In this document: positions 24,227-36,949 of the stretch, in pieces | Layout: each line of letters starts with the position of its first letter | Position numbering within the stretch: position 1 is the first letter of the stretch | Assembly: GCA_002269645.1 (NCBI GenBank) | Contig: NIVC01003999.1 | Location: forward strand, 1-64,000 | From: Macrostomum lignano | Taxonomy: Eukaryota | Direction: 5' to 3' | DNA length: 64,000 bases | Position numbers and translations under genes: made by a program | The notes under the pieces: generated by a model | Seen by the model: the letters and a program-made list of their open reading frames with translations, nothing else | Databases searched by the model: none | Told to the model about the DNA's origin: nothing

Positions 24227-25299
24227 CTAAGAACACAATTGAAAACCATCGGAACCAGTTGTTGTCAACAAATTAAGCTTCCATCTAGCAAAGCTTAAAT
24301 CGCTTTGATAAACTTAGACTAACAATTTATTTGTTCTGTTCAGACGTAGCATCGAATTCAAAAGAGACGTTAGTTGATCTGTCGATGCCGCGGATCGGGT
24401 GGCGGAGGCTGCGGCTACAGACTATCTATAAGCAGCCGGCATCAACGAAAGTCAGAAGCAAATTTTCTCCGCCAAGTTTTTTAAGCAACCAAATCTGTTC
24501 AGAATGCTGTTTTGGTTTCATCAAATACAAACGGAATATTGTTGCAGTTGATGTTGGGAAGCAGAATTTATTAGATTTTTTAATGCCAGTAAAATAGAGT
24601 ATACGCTCGTAGCTATGTATAAGAATCGAGTATGCACATAACGGTAAAATCGAGTAGACATTTCAAAACAATATAAATGTAAAATGTTTCAGAATTAATC
24701 TCGCATTTGAACACAAACAAACTGTAGACCCCGCGGGCGCCTCGATCTCGGCTAGGTTCCGGCGGGAGTTGTCTCTTCGTGGCGACCCGGTGTTACACTT
24801 TAGACTATCCGGGGTTTTTTGTCTGGCCCGGATATCCGAACGCACTTACGATATCCGCCCGGCTATTGCCAAGCAAAAAACCTTATTTGTTTTCTCCTTC
24901 CCGGATATCTTGAGCTGCTTTGTATTGTCCGGGCACTTTGAGATGTCTCTCCCGGACATCCTACGTCACTGAATCTGCTATCCGGCCCGGAGATCACAAG
25001 AATGGGAAGTTGTCTTAGGACATCCGACTGTAGGTTGAAAGAGCGGAGTCAGACTGCGGAGACAGAGGTTTGCTTTAGGACATCCGGCTACTGATTTCCG
25101 GGGCTAGAAATAGCAAAATTTAGAGATCACTTTTCGCAAAGTAGAAAATCACTTTTTGCTACTTTTTCAATGGCAAACATCTGCGTCATGATTATTTAAC
25201 TGTGTATTTCAATAACAATTTCGCGCTTCAGGCACTCTGAAAAGTTAAAACTAAAATTAAAGCTTCTATTGTCAACCGAAAAGAATTTAGTTACTCCAT

Positions 25300-25800
25300 T
25301 CACAATCTAATTCGATAAATCAAAAACTGGCAATCCTCTGAATGAAGCGCGATGAGCCACAGCCTTCCAATGCTTTGATTGAGATGCTTTCCGTTTTCAC
25401 ATTCTGAGAAACCAGCCAGCTGATAGCTATTTTTGCCGAGACATTTGATGATACGGTAGATCCTCTAACTCCACGTCTTCTGCAGATTATCTCTCTCTTT
25501 TGCACTGGAATGTTCCGGCAGCTCAACATGCTTGTCGCTAAAAACGTAAAAAACGCCTGATTTAGCGTTACTTTGGCCACCGAGTGAATTTTTTTTCCAA
25601 AACGTAGGACTTGGACGAGAAATATATTCCATATATCTGAAGAGAATAGGTGTATTATAATTTGCGCAACACATTCCATTGCGGGCTATTACAGTTGGGT
25701 CCGTGGAAAGGGTCTTAATTTCCGCGGAACGGCCGCGGAATTCCGTGTAAAACTGTGTGAAATGCGCTCCTATTGGCTGGGCCAATGGGGATGGGATGGC
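25300..25800 (-). mobile_element. Degraded piggyBac-like transposase fragment
   Basis: Frameshifted segments LFSSDIWNIFLVQ, NQAFFTFLATSML and SRFIQRI recall piggyBac N-terminal motifs; weak. Confidence 0.35.
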
Positions 25801-25977
25801 CCAGGAATCCATATCTTCCTTGACTATGCTACTTTTTCCTTTATAGTAGCACCTTATGAACGAGATTTTAAGCATACTTGATAGTTATATCATACATATA
25901 ATCTTGATTTATTTTTAATGATGTCTGGCCATCGAAAATCAAAAGGCTAAAATATCGAAGCGCTTTTTGATACGAAA

Positions 25978-26420
25978 CAAGGAGAGAGAAAGAGAGAGAT
26001 GGAGAGGGAAGGAGAGAGAAGGAGAGGGAAGGAGAAAGAAGGAGAAAGAAAGAGAGAGAAGGAGAGGGAAGGAGAGAGAAGGAGAGGGAAGGAGAGAGAA
26101 GGAGAGGGAAGGAGAGGGAAGGAGAGGGAAGGAGAAAGAAAGAGAGAGAAGGAGAGGGAAGGAGAGAGAAGGAGAGGGAAGGAGAGGGAAGGAGAGGGAA
26201 AGAGAGGGAAGGAGAGGGAAGGAGAGGGAAGGAGAGAGAAGGAGAGGGAAGGAGTGGGAAGGAGAGGGAAGGAGAGGGAAGGAGAGGGAAGGAGAGGGAA
26301 GGAGAGAGAAGGAGAGGGAAGGAGAGAAGAGAGAAGGAAAAAGGAAGCACCGAGAAGAGAGGCGGCAGGGATGAGTGAGGTGGCAGAGAGAAAGAGAGAG
26401 GAGAGAGGAGGAGAAGGAGA
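25978..26420. repeat. 10-bp polypurine repeat (GGAGAGGGAA)n
   Basis: Direct. Confidence 0.95.
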
Positions 26421-28900
26421 GAGGCCGTTTGGACAGTCCGTTGCCCTCCCGCAATTATAAAATGCTTACAAATTGATACTTTTGCAAAGGTTTCTAACTA
26501 AAAGTTTTTAGTATCTCTTCCCCGCCTTTTAAAGCCGTCATCAGCAAGAATCCGATCATGCTCTGATCACGCAAGTTCCACGCGATAAAACTTAAGTCAA
26601 AAAAATTTATCAACGCATCCTGACAGTTGGGGTTACATGGCTATGGCTTGTAGAAATAATTGGGGCGTTATCGAAATCTTCGCTAGCCTCTCTCGCGCTC
26701 AAGGAATTTCTATAGTTTGTACCCCCTTTGCATGTACATATGAATGAAAACTGACTAATTTTGTGTACATTGAACAGGGGCAGGAGGAACTAAAAACTCA
26801 TCTATCGTTTCCTCTCATCTCTCCTCTCCCCTTCTCTCTCCTCTCTCCTTCTCTCCTTCTCTCTCCTCTATCGTTTCCTCTCATCTCTCCTCTCCCCTTC
26901 TCTCTCCTCTCTCCTTCCCTCTCATGTAGCTCGCACACTGATATTGATGGCATGTACGCTTGTAGTACTTTTAACGACAGTCTATTATCGATTTATTCTA
27001 AGACTACATCTTATCTACCCCTCCCAAGCACACTGAGTCAGTCCCATTCTCGCTTAATGATGTCCTTCTGCCCCACCAGGCATTCACATGCGCCTGATCT
27101 TGTAAATAATTTGACCAACTTGCCACCCCAAACTTTATTCACCCCGGACATTTCAAAGCCCAATTTTGTTGTGCCTTGGATTATCCAGGGTAGGTTATCG
27201 CAAATCGACAATAATTTTGCTTTGCGATGTCCCCGGACAAATTAAGACCCCGGTGAACAGAAAGCCTAACACCGGATTTAACACCAAAACTCCCGACATG
27301 AGGCCGTCACCCTCGGCACGGCGATGGAGACGGTCGGACCGTGCTGACCACCTCCCGGCCCCCATGTCTCTGCCCACGGACCCTCCTCCGATCTCTTCCC
27401 TTCCCTTCCTACTCAAATATGCTTATCTCCGATCCGAAGAGGGTGCTGGCGCTGGCTAAACGCTGCCTGCGTCTAGAGCGCGTCTGGGCGCCATGCGACC
27501 GCAACAACAACAAAAATAGTTTATGTTTACATCCTTGTTTTGCCAGGTGCGCATGAAGTTCTAAAAATCTGCATATTCTAGAGCTAAAGCTACGCTTCTA
27601 CGAGCTACATAAACCAACGTGGATAGATGACAAACTTTAAAAAAGTAAGCATTCTTAGCTTCACTTTTAGATGCTATTTTTAGAACTCCATGGGTTTAGC
27701 CTTTTAGCGTCAAGTCGAAACCATAGACTATTTACTAGCTCAAAACCTTTGATTCGCAGTCACAACATATATACAGGCTAACATTTTTGTCTATGGTACA
27801 CCTTTCGTGCTCGGATCTGTCCATCCGTGCAGAAGGAGACTAAAAAATCTTATATAAGTTTCAAGATAGCAGACAGTAAACTAAGTCGAAGCCTATCTGG
27901 ATAAATGCTTTTATTTTGCAGTCAGCGGCCGGTAAGTAGGCCTCGTATGATTTAATATGTCCAGTTTTGTTTTGTATTAGGCATAATTAACTAGCTAGGT
28001 TGTATTATAACACGTGGACTGGAGAATAAGTAAGCAGTGCGGCAATCCTCAAGAAAGGTTAATTAGCGTATTAAAAAAAACTCAAAATTTTCTCCAAAAA
28101 GGTCGTTAATAGGCTATCTTGAAACGCCCTGGGTAAATTTTAAAAACTTTAATATGATTTTCTAAATCTAGTACTTAGTTAATCGTAGTGATTGGATTTT
28201 ATTCTGTTTAACTATTGCTTAACAATGTCTTTTTTGGCGCGAATCCGAATGGGATTTGTTTTAACGAATGAATTATTGAAGGTAGACGTACTAGACGCGA
28301 ACTCTTCTGTAGCCAAGTGCCTTCTAACATATCGGTAATATTACAGTTTGTATTTTTTTATTATACAACCCCTAAGCTAAGGACGGGTATCCGTTGTGTT
28401 TCGTCAACAGAGTATAAGACTGTATTTGTTGGACAAATATTGATAAAATAAAAAATGATCAGGCTATTTTCTATATTAGTTTGAAATCAGGAATCATGGC
28501 GCGTTTTCTGGCATCACGTTCAATCATGCTGGGACTTCTTGAAGTTTAAACTTCTAAAAGCTTTGGGCTCGGCGCTTTGGTTCTTTGTATTTGCCGTTCG
28601 TAATTCGGCTTACCGTCACTGTCTTTATGGCGCAATTGCTGAAGATGTTAATGTAATTTTTCAACCCAGTAAGTACAACGGGGTGAAGATTGGCTTCCTT
28701 CTGCTGTTGTTTGCCACTGAACCGATCGAAGTACGCAAATATTTTCTGTAGATCACTATCTTCAACATGTTCCAAAACTTTTCACACTTCTGCATGCAGC
28801 ATGAAATTCTTGCACTTTTACTCGAAGCATTCGATTAGCGCGCTGGCGCTGCCGAATTCGGGTCCGTCGATGATGTTGATGTCTCGCTTTACGATGTAGT

Positions 28901-30225
28901 TTAGGCCGAGTTGTAGGCCGATGTGCGAATGTGATGTAAGCCGAGCAATGTCGTCAAGTTCTGCATTAGCTCCGCGCGGAACTGCGAGCCCTGGTCACTC
29001 ACCAGCGTCCATGTCGGGCAGTACTGCGAAATCCAGGAGTCTAGGAAAACGAGTGCGACTGACGTGGCTGTGATGTCGACGATTGGGGTAGCTTCAATCC
29101 AGTGCGAATAGGCGTCGACCATCGTGAGCAAGTAGCGGAGCCTTGGACTGACGTCGGCTGACTCTGGAGGCGGGAGCGGTCCAACGAGGTCCATATGGAC
29201 AGTCGTGAAGCGTTGAGAGAGCGTCAGAAGCTGCTACAGCGGGCGTTGGACGTGACGACCTGTCTTGCACTGCTGACACTTTCTGGATGTCGTTAGCCAT
29301 GCCCGGCCAGAAGAAACGATAGATAACGAGTCGCTGAGTGGCCTTGCTGCCAGGTTGTGCAAAAGAGTCGAGAGAGTCGAACTGCAAAAGAGTGGAGAGA
29401 GTCGAACTGCAAAAGAGTGGAGAGAGTCGAACTGCAAAAGAGTGGAGAGAGTCGAACTGCAAAAGAGTGGAGAGAGTCGAACTGCAAAAGAGTGGAGAGA
29501 GTCGAACTGCAAAAGAGTGGAGAGAGTCGAACTGCAAAAGAGTGGAGAGAGTCGAACTGCAAAAGAGTGGAGAGAGTCGAACTGCAAAAGAGTGGAGAGA
29601 GTCGAACTGCAAAAGAGTGGAGAGAGTCGAACTGCAAAAGAGTGGAGAGAGTCGAACTGCAAAAGAGTGGAGAGAGTCGAACTGCAAAAGAGTGGAGAGA
29701 GTCGAACTGCAAAAGAGTGGAGAGAGTCGAACTGCAAAAGAGTGGAGAGAGTCGAACTGCAAAAGAGTGGAGAGAGTCGAACTGCAAAAGAGTGGAGAGA
29801 GTCGAACACCACGCGCCGTAGAGCCTTAGAGACGACGGGTCATGGGTTTGTCTGCGCGATTTCGCAATGCAGCGGGCAGTCCTTGATGCTAAAGACAAAG
29901 TTATTGAAACGACCTGTCTGCCGATCGGCTTCAGGTGATCCCTTTGTGCCCGTGCGATGGCTGGCATGTCCACGCATTGCGGGAGGTCGGCTATCAGCCG
30001 AACTGCGGCTGATGTTTGATCTTGGGCAGGACGAACTGGTCGTGATAGCTCGTCGGCTACGATGTTGTCCTTCCCGAGATGTGGGTGATGTCGCTCACAA
30101 ACTCGGTGATGAAGTAACTGTCGTTGCGGCCGGTCAGAGAAGCGTTCCTTCCTATTTACCGGACGCTCCGGTGATGGGTTTTTGGAGGCAGAACACCAGG
30201 GTCTGTTGGCCTTGGATCATTTAGT
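28901..30225 (-). mobile_element. Gypsy pol remnant (RNase H tail + integrase Zn finger and DDE start), truncated at both ends
   Basis: FITEFVSDITHISG; H..QPG..T..WPGM; MDLVGPLP..YLLTMVDAYSHWIEA..LVSDQGSQF..HIRTSAYN; frameshifts and stops. Confidence 0.85.
29358..29807. repeat. 18 x 25-bp minisatellite expanded from integrase coding sequence
   Basis: Unit TGCAAAAGAGTGGAGAGAGTCGAAC; collapsing to one unit restores VVFDSLHSFAQPGSKATQRL. Confidence 0.95.
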
Positions 30226-30539
30226 TCAATGTTTTGACTTAGAAAAAATTGCGAGTAGCTCCAAAATCAAAGCTTGCGAGAGTAAAAAGCCAATAATGAC
30301 TGCCCAGCCACTACTTGTTGCAATGCTGCTCCGATTAGCCCCATAAACGCCGTTCAATTTCCAACCGTTTGGTACAAAAAAGAAGAAAATCTGCACAGTG
30401 GTTTGCGCTAAAACGTTTCATTCGTAATAACAAAAAAAGGCTGCAGAAAGGCAGAAAGAAGCAGATCTAACTTTACATATACGAGCGTATATAACCTTTC
30501 ATGTGTAAAACCAGTACAACGTTTGTTTATAATGTTTTT

Positions 30540-31316
30540 TTCTTATTAAAGGCGCACCTATTTGTGCTTCACAAGTGGTCAAATGTGCTACACATGGTGG
30601 AAGCGCCAGTGTCCAACTTAAAGGATGACATACATGTATATACAATAAAATATTCATAGTTGACACTTTAACTTATGGTTGGATATGACATACTTCATGC
30701 ACAGCATGTAATTGTAATCAACTTGAAGTATTCTTTCTTCAAGATCTCATTGCGTACTTCATCACCTTCCTTGAGAATTTGAACTTTCTTGACATTCGTG
30801 GGTACCTTGACAAATACTTCTTCGTTATCATCCTTTGCTTTGCATTCTAGCAGTTCAATCCCAGATGGCTGAGAGCAGCTAATAGGTATGGACTGCGACG
30901 ATGAATCTCGCAGCGATTACCATTCACTTAAGTTGAGAGCCATCTTTCACTATGGGATACTGGAAGTTCAGCGTCCGCCCACCGTAGTCTCTAGCTCGTA
31001 CTCTAGCTCCTTTACAGGCCACCGGCCTACCGTCCTGCAAGTTGGCTGTCAGCGGCACTTTCGCCACAGGTCGCATTGACCGAACGGTCGCTTTCATCGA
31101 CCAATATCATGGAAGCTCTTAATGTTCTCCAGTTTTCGTGACAACCTCAGCAGGGGCTTGTACGCTTTCTACGCCACTAAAAACACCAACTGGCCTTGAT
31201 TGTAATGTTTGAAAATGGTAAATATTTAAAGTTTTTGCTTCATTAAGTAAATGATAAACAATTGACAATATTATCCATGATAACTTGCTTGTCGAGCGCG
31301 ACCGAAAGGTCGGCAA
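30540..31316 (-). pseudogene. RPA70-like OB-fold pseudogene (possibly Helitron-derived)
   Basis: Broken frames give VGVFSGVESVQAPAEVVTKTG / ILVDESDRSVNATCGE / KGARVRARDYGGRTLNF, then a possible Cys ribbon and LDTGASTM, paralleling RPA1 DBD-B and DBD-C. Confidence 0.5.
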
Positions 31317-31980
31317 TTTTTTAAAGCTTTAATTGATGCTTCCCTCTACTTTTATATAGTCGCTCTTTGCAACGTTTATTGTCCATTCTAGATGATATTT
31401 GGCGTAATTAAACCGCCTAGTTTTGAATGTGCCCCCTGTACAGCGACAGAAACGGTAGGCTCACATATTGTCACAGGCCGGTGAGTTTTTCCGTAGCATA
31501 TCTGGGGGGTGTTGCATCGACAAGTCGAAGTTTACAAGTGACAAGTTGACAAGTTACAAGTAAACCGTGAAGTCCGTTGCATAGACGCTTTACAAACGAC
31601 AAGCATTTGACAAGTGACAAGTTACAATTCCCGTTACAAGTGGTTCGTTGCATAGAATGTATAACTTGACAAGTTTTTCTGCTATTGGCGAGTGACAAGT
31701 TGCGTAGTAAACTCTGACCCCGCGAGCTTACTTAAATCTTACAAGCTCCCATTATTTCTCTGCACTTCACGGACTTTCAAATTAGTTACTTTACATCTTT
31801 GGGGCTATATTTACACTATATTTGAATTGTAGTTCAATTTTGACTGTTGTAAACGCTTCGGTTTCCGAATATTGAAACATACTCGTTTATTGCTTTGTTT
31901 GAGGGCCTACACGAACAATATTTTTTCCTCACGTTTTCTAACGGTAAATGTATAAATTTCAAACAGCGCGAACAGTTAAT

Positions 31981-33022
31981 TGAAGTGTTTGGTTCCGGTT
32001 ACTTCCCAGTCAGTCGCTAGAGCTGCCTACCTTGAGCTCTCCGGAAAGTCCTCGAGTTGATCTTGTAGCGTCTGAAATGCTGCCACCAGCTTCGCAGAGT
32101 CGCAGCCTTCGGTGAGGTGCTGAGCTCGTAGAAGCAAATAACTAAGACGAGAGAAAGAGACTCGCACTTCGTGCAGATTTAGCAGTTCTCGCGCAGAGGT
32201 GCCCACTGTCAGCAGTCCCTGCCGGGCTGATGCGGGGTGAGAGCGAAAGTGCTAGCTTCGGGCGATCCGAGCTGGCCTGCTAATTGATAGCAGGAGCAAT
32301 CAGAGGCAGTCACGCGCAAAGTCGGGAGTCTTGGAGTTCAAACTTAGACGCCAACTCGGCACACAAACTTAGAGTATTCGCTGGACGAAGAGAACGGTTA
32401 CTCGGGAAAACGGGCTGGCAGAACGGGTGAAAGGCTGGAAACGCTTGTCTGAGCCAAGCCATGAGAGGGGCTGCATTTATAGGGAGGATCGATTGCACCA
32501 TAGCACGAAAGACCCCGCTGAGAGTCATAAGTGACTCTGTTGCTATTTTTAGCAACAAACAAGCGGGCCCTGTCTCAGAGGAGGCAAGGGGGGTCCGGGC
32601 GCGCGTGATCTTCCCATAAACACGAGCCCAGCGTACAATGATGAAATCATTGCACTTTGGACTAAAGAAGGAAGACGGCCTTGTCATGTGACTGGCTCAC
32701 ATGACAAGGGGGAAAAGGCCCACAAGTGAAGGCACTCGTGACCGTGGGACCGGAAAACAGAATGGCACTCCAAATTTGGAGATGCCAAACAGAGAACGAA
32801 ACAGAGGCAGGCCAGACAAGCAGTCTGGGCACTGCAAAACGAGAACAGGAGGAAAACGGGGGCAAACGAGGACAAGCAGACAGACAGGCAAACGGGCAAG
32901 GGACAGGCCAGAGGACAGGCGGGAGGGACAGGCAACTGCCCAGCGGCAGACAGAAGCCTGGGGCGAGGGCGAGGGCAACAGCTGACTAGTGCGGCGCCTA
33001 ACTAAACTAGCGACTCACTACA
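31981..33022 (-). mobile_element. Solo LTR (about 1.04 kb), same family as 23165-24226
   Basis: TGAAGT...CACTACA termini; TSD TAAT (31977-80 / 33023-26); shared motif blocks. Confidence 0.85.
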
Positions 33023-33039
33023 TAATGAAAAAAGAGGAG

Positions 33040-33714
33040 TCACAACATGCAGTACTGAAGGTCGTTCGGTTCAGTAAGATGTGCAATTTCGAGGCGCAGC
33101 TTCGCATTCCGCAGTTGCCAGTTCTCGCTGCGAAGTTCCAGCTCACGAAGCTGCATTTCCACTTTGCGTTTCTTCAGGTCATCCATTTCATGTGAGGATG
33201 ACTGGCCAGATCGGATCTTTCTACCCTGACCTGGCCGAGCTCCGCTTGTAGTGGGCGCAGTGTCGTTGCTTAAAGCAGGACTCTCCGTATGACTCGCTGA
33301 CTCAGTAGGTGATGCGGCACCAGCAGTCTCAACTGCAGGAATCTGTTCATACGTCTCGGGAACAGCCAGGCCAACTACGATACCGGATCTCTTGTCCAAG
33401 ATGTCCAGCACCAGTTCTTGAATGTCGTTCAGCTTGCATTCAGGCCCACCAGCAGCACCAGTTTTGCGCACTGAGTCGATCTTCTCCAAGGTACGACGCT
33501 TCAAGTTAGGCCAGAGTGCGTCGCGGATGTACCTGTAGGCCTTTCCGGGACAGGGGTCAAACCTGTACTCTTCCTATCTTGAGGAAATAACCTTTTTCCA
33601 GCATGCAATCCTCTTGTCCTTGGTTATGGTTGCACTAAATTCGCCGAATAGTTCCTTCTTGTTCTCGCGTATAAGACGCAGTAGGATCTGCTTGTTCTCA
33701 CTCGTGAGTGGCAT
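33040..33714 (-). pseudogene. Myb/SANT-like DNA-binding protein (Harbinger ORF2 type), one in-frame TAG
   Basis: MPLTSENKQILLRLIRENKKELFGEFSATITKDKRIACWKKV...W.NLKRRT.EK....KTG.AGG; C-terminal coiled coil. Confidence 0.7.
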
Positions 33715-34439
33715 CTTCTATATCTAAACACTTACCCGCAAGCAAGACCGGAGGGCTCAAAGTCGCAAGCAAAGCGAAGCCTTTTTTATATAAGCCGAAA
33801 TCCAAACCCCCACAGTTGAATCTCGCGACAAACATGGGATTTGCCATAGACGAAAGTTCAATTCGTCTGAAACTTGTCCCTTGTCGAGAGAATATTACAA
33901 GCGCGCTCGTGCAACGCAAAATCGCCCTGCTTGTAGCTTGTCACTATTCAACTTTTAACTTGTCGATTCTATGCAACACCCCAGGGATTTGCTATTCCAG
34001 AAAAAATCATTTAATTAGCAATAACGAAAAAATATACTATAGCTGGTTGATACAAGCTTAGAGCTTTTTGGTTAATAGCGCTCTGAGGCGAGTATATTTC
34101 TTGTCTTATGATATACATGTAGCCCAGGGCTTACTAGCAGCGCACAGTGCTGTCTATGGTACTCGTAGATGGGGAAGGCAACGAACGGAAAAGTACAACG
34201 ACAATGAATATCCACTCAGCAACATTTAAAACGCAACACTCTAACTAGAAGAAAAATCAACTCACTCAGAAGAGTCAAAGCGCATAGTCTATGGTTCAAA
34301 TCGAGCTTCAGAAACGCGTGTAGAAATTGCTAGGTTCAATAGTTTTGTATAAATAAGTAGCTAAGCTGAGTAGTAGAGGTGTAGAAATCGTTTATTATAA
34401 ATGCCAGAATATGTAGTTTTAACTTTCAGACTTAAAGAT

Positions 34440-34950
34440 TATTACAGACTCAGTAGAAATAGAAAAGTGGCGGCCGACAAGCAAGCTAGCACAATGCTGT
34501 GAGCGCGAGCCGAGTTCTGCGCTAATTCCGATCTAACCAACAACAATAAGATAAATTGCTCATTACGTGCAACTGCTGAGCTGGCCAGGCCAACCCCCCA
34601 GCCAGCCCCAAAGTGCACCGCGCACTGCCAAACAGACAAGGGCACATGCACTACGTGTTGAATCCCGTCTCATCAATATAGATCGAGTGACAATCTGGAG
34701 GCAAGTAACCAACCACTGCGCTAATTCTTGTCGATGTGCCTCATTCTCTAGCGTGTTCCGAGCGACCGGTACGTCAGCATCCCTTCCTAAGCAATCAGCG
34801 TCATCAGGTGTTTGTCTAGAGATCTGCTTAGTGTGGCTTCGCTCTACTGCAGGCCAGCGAATGAATGCTCTAATGTGCATTCTCTGCTGTAACAAAACTC
34901 GCTCCACCTTCCTCTAGAATTTCATTGTCGACTGCGGCCATTTTGTGTTA
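34440..34950 (-). mobile_element. Tc1/IS630-family transposase remnant
   Basis: Frameshifted ..VPVARNT.EN..HRQELAQWL..DCHSIYIDETGFN motif (first catalytic Asp context). Confidence 0.55.
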
Positions 34951-35562
34951 AAAAACTCTAGAACTGAAGATTTATCTGTCTCTTGCCTGTATTATTTATT
35001 TGGTTGACGTAAAGCCAATTGTTTCGACCATAGACGATAAGAAAACTCCACAGGCCTTCCCATTGATTATTTTATTTCCTACTCGCACTTTTTTCCAGCC
35101 TGAAAAATGCTATATTGACATAAAATTCTTTATTTATTACAGATGACTATATACCATTCATTTCGGCCAAAATACCAGCTTTAGCTTTTGGGCCATAGAC
35201 AATAAAGCAGCTAAGACTGCATACAAAGTACTGGTTTGATAGGGAAAATACCTGTTTTTCACCTTTTAGAGGACCTTTTCGTTAACAAAAAAAATTAATC
35301 ATACGATCTATTGTAAGACGTGGGTTAGCGTGAGCAACAAATGAGCGTGAGGAACTCCTCACTGGCATGCGCCCTGACTTATTTACGAGTATCTGTGTGG
35401 TTGGCACAACCCATAGATATCTGCATGATCCATGATGCCACCATTGACCGAGCACACATGCAAAATCAAGTACACATACATTACAGTACGCTCGTATGAT
35501 AAAATTCCAATTAAATGGTACAAAATGAAGAAAATCGGTCCGACGGATTACTTTCAAACGTG

Positions 35563-35564
<2 letters not shown>

Positions 35565-35616
<52 letters not shown>

Positions 35617-35622
35617 GCACAC
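35565..35622. repeat. (CA)n microsatellite
   Basis: Direct. Confidence 0.95.
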
Positions 35623-35764
35623 ACTTTTAGTATATTGGATAGAACAGCTTAGTCGTAAGCTTATTTCATTATAGATAAGTCGAGGCGAATGAGCCTTAAT
35701 AGAGTCGGCAACTGTTTAGGACACAGAAAAATAAATCAAAGTGCATTGGATTCGGATCGTTACA

Positions 35765-36560
35765 CAACATGTCCCCCTGAAAGGTCGCTTTCACAAGACG
35801 GAAATTTAGTAACGCCGAAAGACACCTGCCTTCACAAGACCAACAACGGAATATGCGTTCAGCGTCACAGGGTGCGCCTCAAGGCCAGGTCGCGGATAAA
35901 CGCCACGTCGCCGGCCGAATCCGGGGCGCCAGCGTCAGCCAGCAGGCAGTCGACAAAACGCCGAGTGTGAGACTGCCCTTCGCCGGTAGGGTGCCTGCAG
36001 CGTGAGCAGCAGCACCTCCTGCACCGGCTCTGGGCAGTACAACTCGGCGCGGATGATTTGGCCTGTCAGCTGGAGTTACCGACGGTGCAACAGGTCGCTT
36101 GGACAGACCAGATCGGCGTGGTGATACAAAGCCGCGTTGGTCACTCGCTCGTAGCCGATCTTGAATGCGGCGCGCAGCAGGCCAGTATGCGCCGCGGCAA
36201 CTTGTTGCTCAAGCGACTCCGTCAGCGTCCCAGGCTCGGTGTTGTACAGCAGGACCGTCTCGATCACCACCTGGAACAACGCCGCCGTCTGGCGGTTAGG
36301 TAAGACCTCGGACTGCAGGACTGCCCTCACAGAACGAAAAGCAGCCCAGGCAAGCCGGCGGCGACGCCGCAAATCCTCGCGGACGCCGGGAACCAGACCG
36401 CCGAGGTAGACGAACTGCTGACGGCAACACGGAAGCTCTGTCGCCTGTCCATCAGCGCCTCGGCACAAAATCGCAGCCTCGATGTCGTCTGGCACGCAGA
36501 GCACGACGGCTTTCTGCGTGTTGACCACCGGGCCAACACTCGCCGCAACAGCAACTAGCT
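35765..36560 (-). mobile_element. 5'-truncated non-LTR retrotransposon (RTE-like RT C-terminus + 3' UTR)
   Basis: QFVYLGGLVP..REDLRRRR.LAWAAF..LFQ.VIETVLLYN.E..TLT.SLEQQV.AAH..LLRAAF..RLQLTGQI; stop near 35865. Confidence 0.8.
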
Positions 36561-36949
36561 TGTCTTGTTTACAAACCGAAACTTCATAAAACCGAAAGTT
36601 CACAAAGCAGAAAATTCTGCAAAGCCCTTTATAAGACCGAAATTTCACAGCATAGAAAACTTAATATACGCTCGTAACAAGGTGGTAGGTGTTGTGTCTT
36701 TAGCCAACAAATAAAAGGCGGAGGTTTAGTGGAAAAAAAATGCAGCCGACTTTGGTCTGCTCGTAGCCTCAGCTCTGGCTATTTTCTTTTCTTATTCTTT
36801 TATTTCCCATGGGCTTTTTACCTCATATCCCTTCTGAGGGCCTGTAGAAAAGGGCCGTCAGCACCATAGACAGCTTCCCAGCTGCATATACAAGCGTAGC
36901 TACATAAGTACATGTTCATTTGCACTTGAATAAAGCATAAACAGATAGC

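Larger units (their letters stand above)
31502..33984 (-). mobile_element. Non-autonomous Harbinger-like element (Myb/SANT ORF only), interrupted by a solo LTR
   Basis: Inverted ends GGGTGTTGCAT..CGACAAGT..AGTGACAAG at about 31505 and 33982; subterminal GACAAG repeats. Confidence 0.6.

Noticed and set aside
25868-26460. Arg/Glu-rich and Ser/Pro/Leu-rich ORFs
   Set aside because: Artefacts of the (GGAGAGGGAA)n repeat.
28300-28900. Degenerate coding-like minus-strand stretch (YIVKRDINIIDGPEFG..KVLEHVED..)
   Set aside because: Multiple stops and no motif I can assign; not called as a feature.
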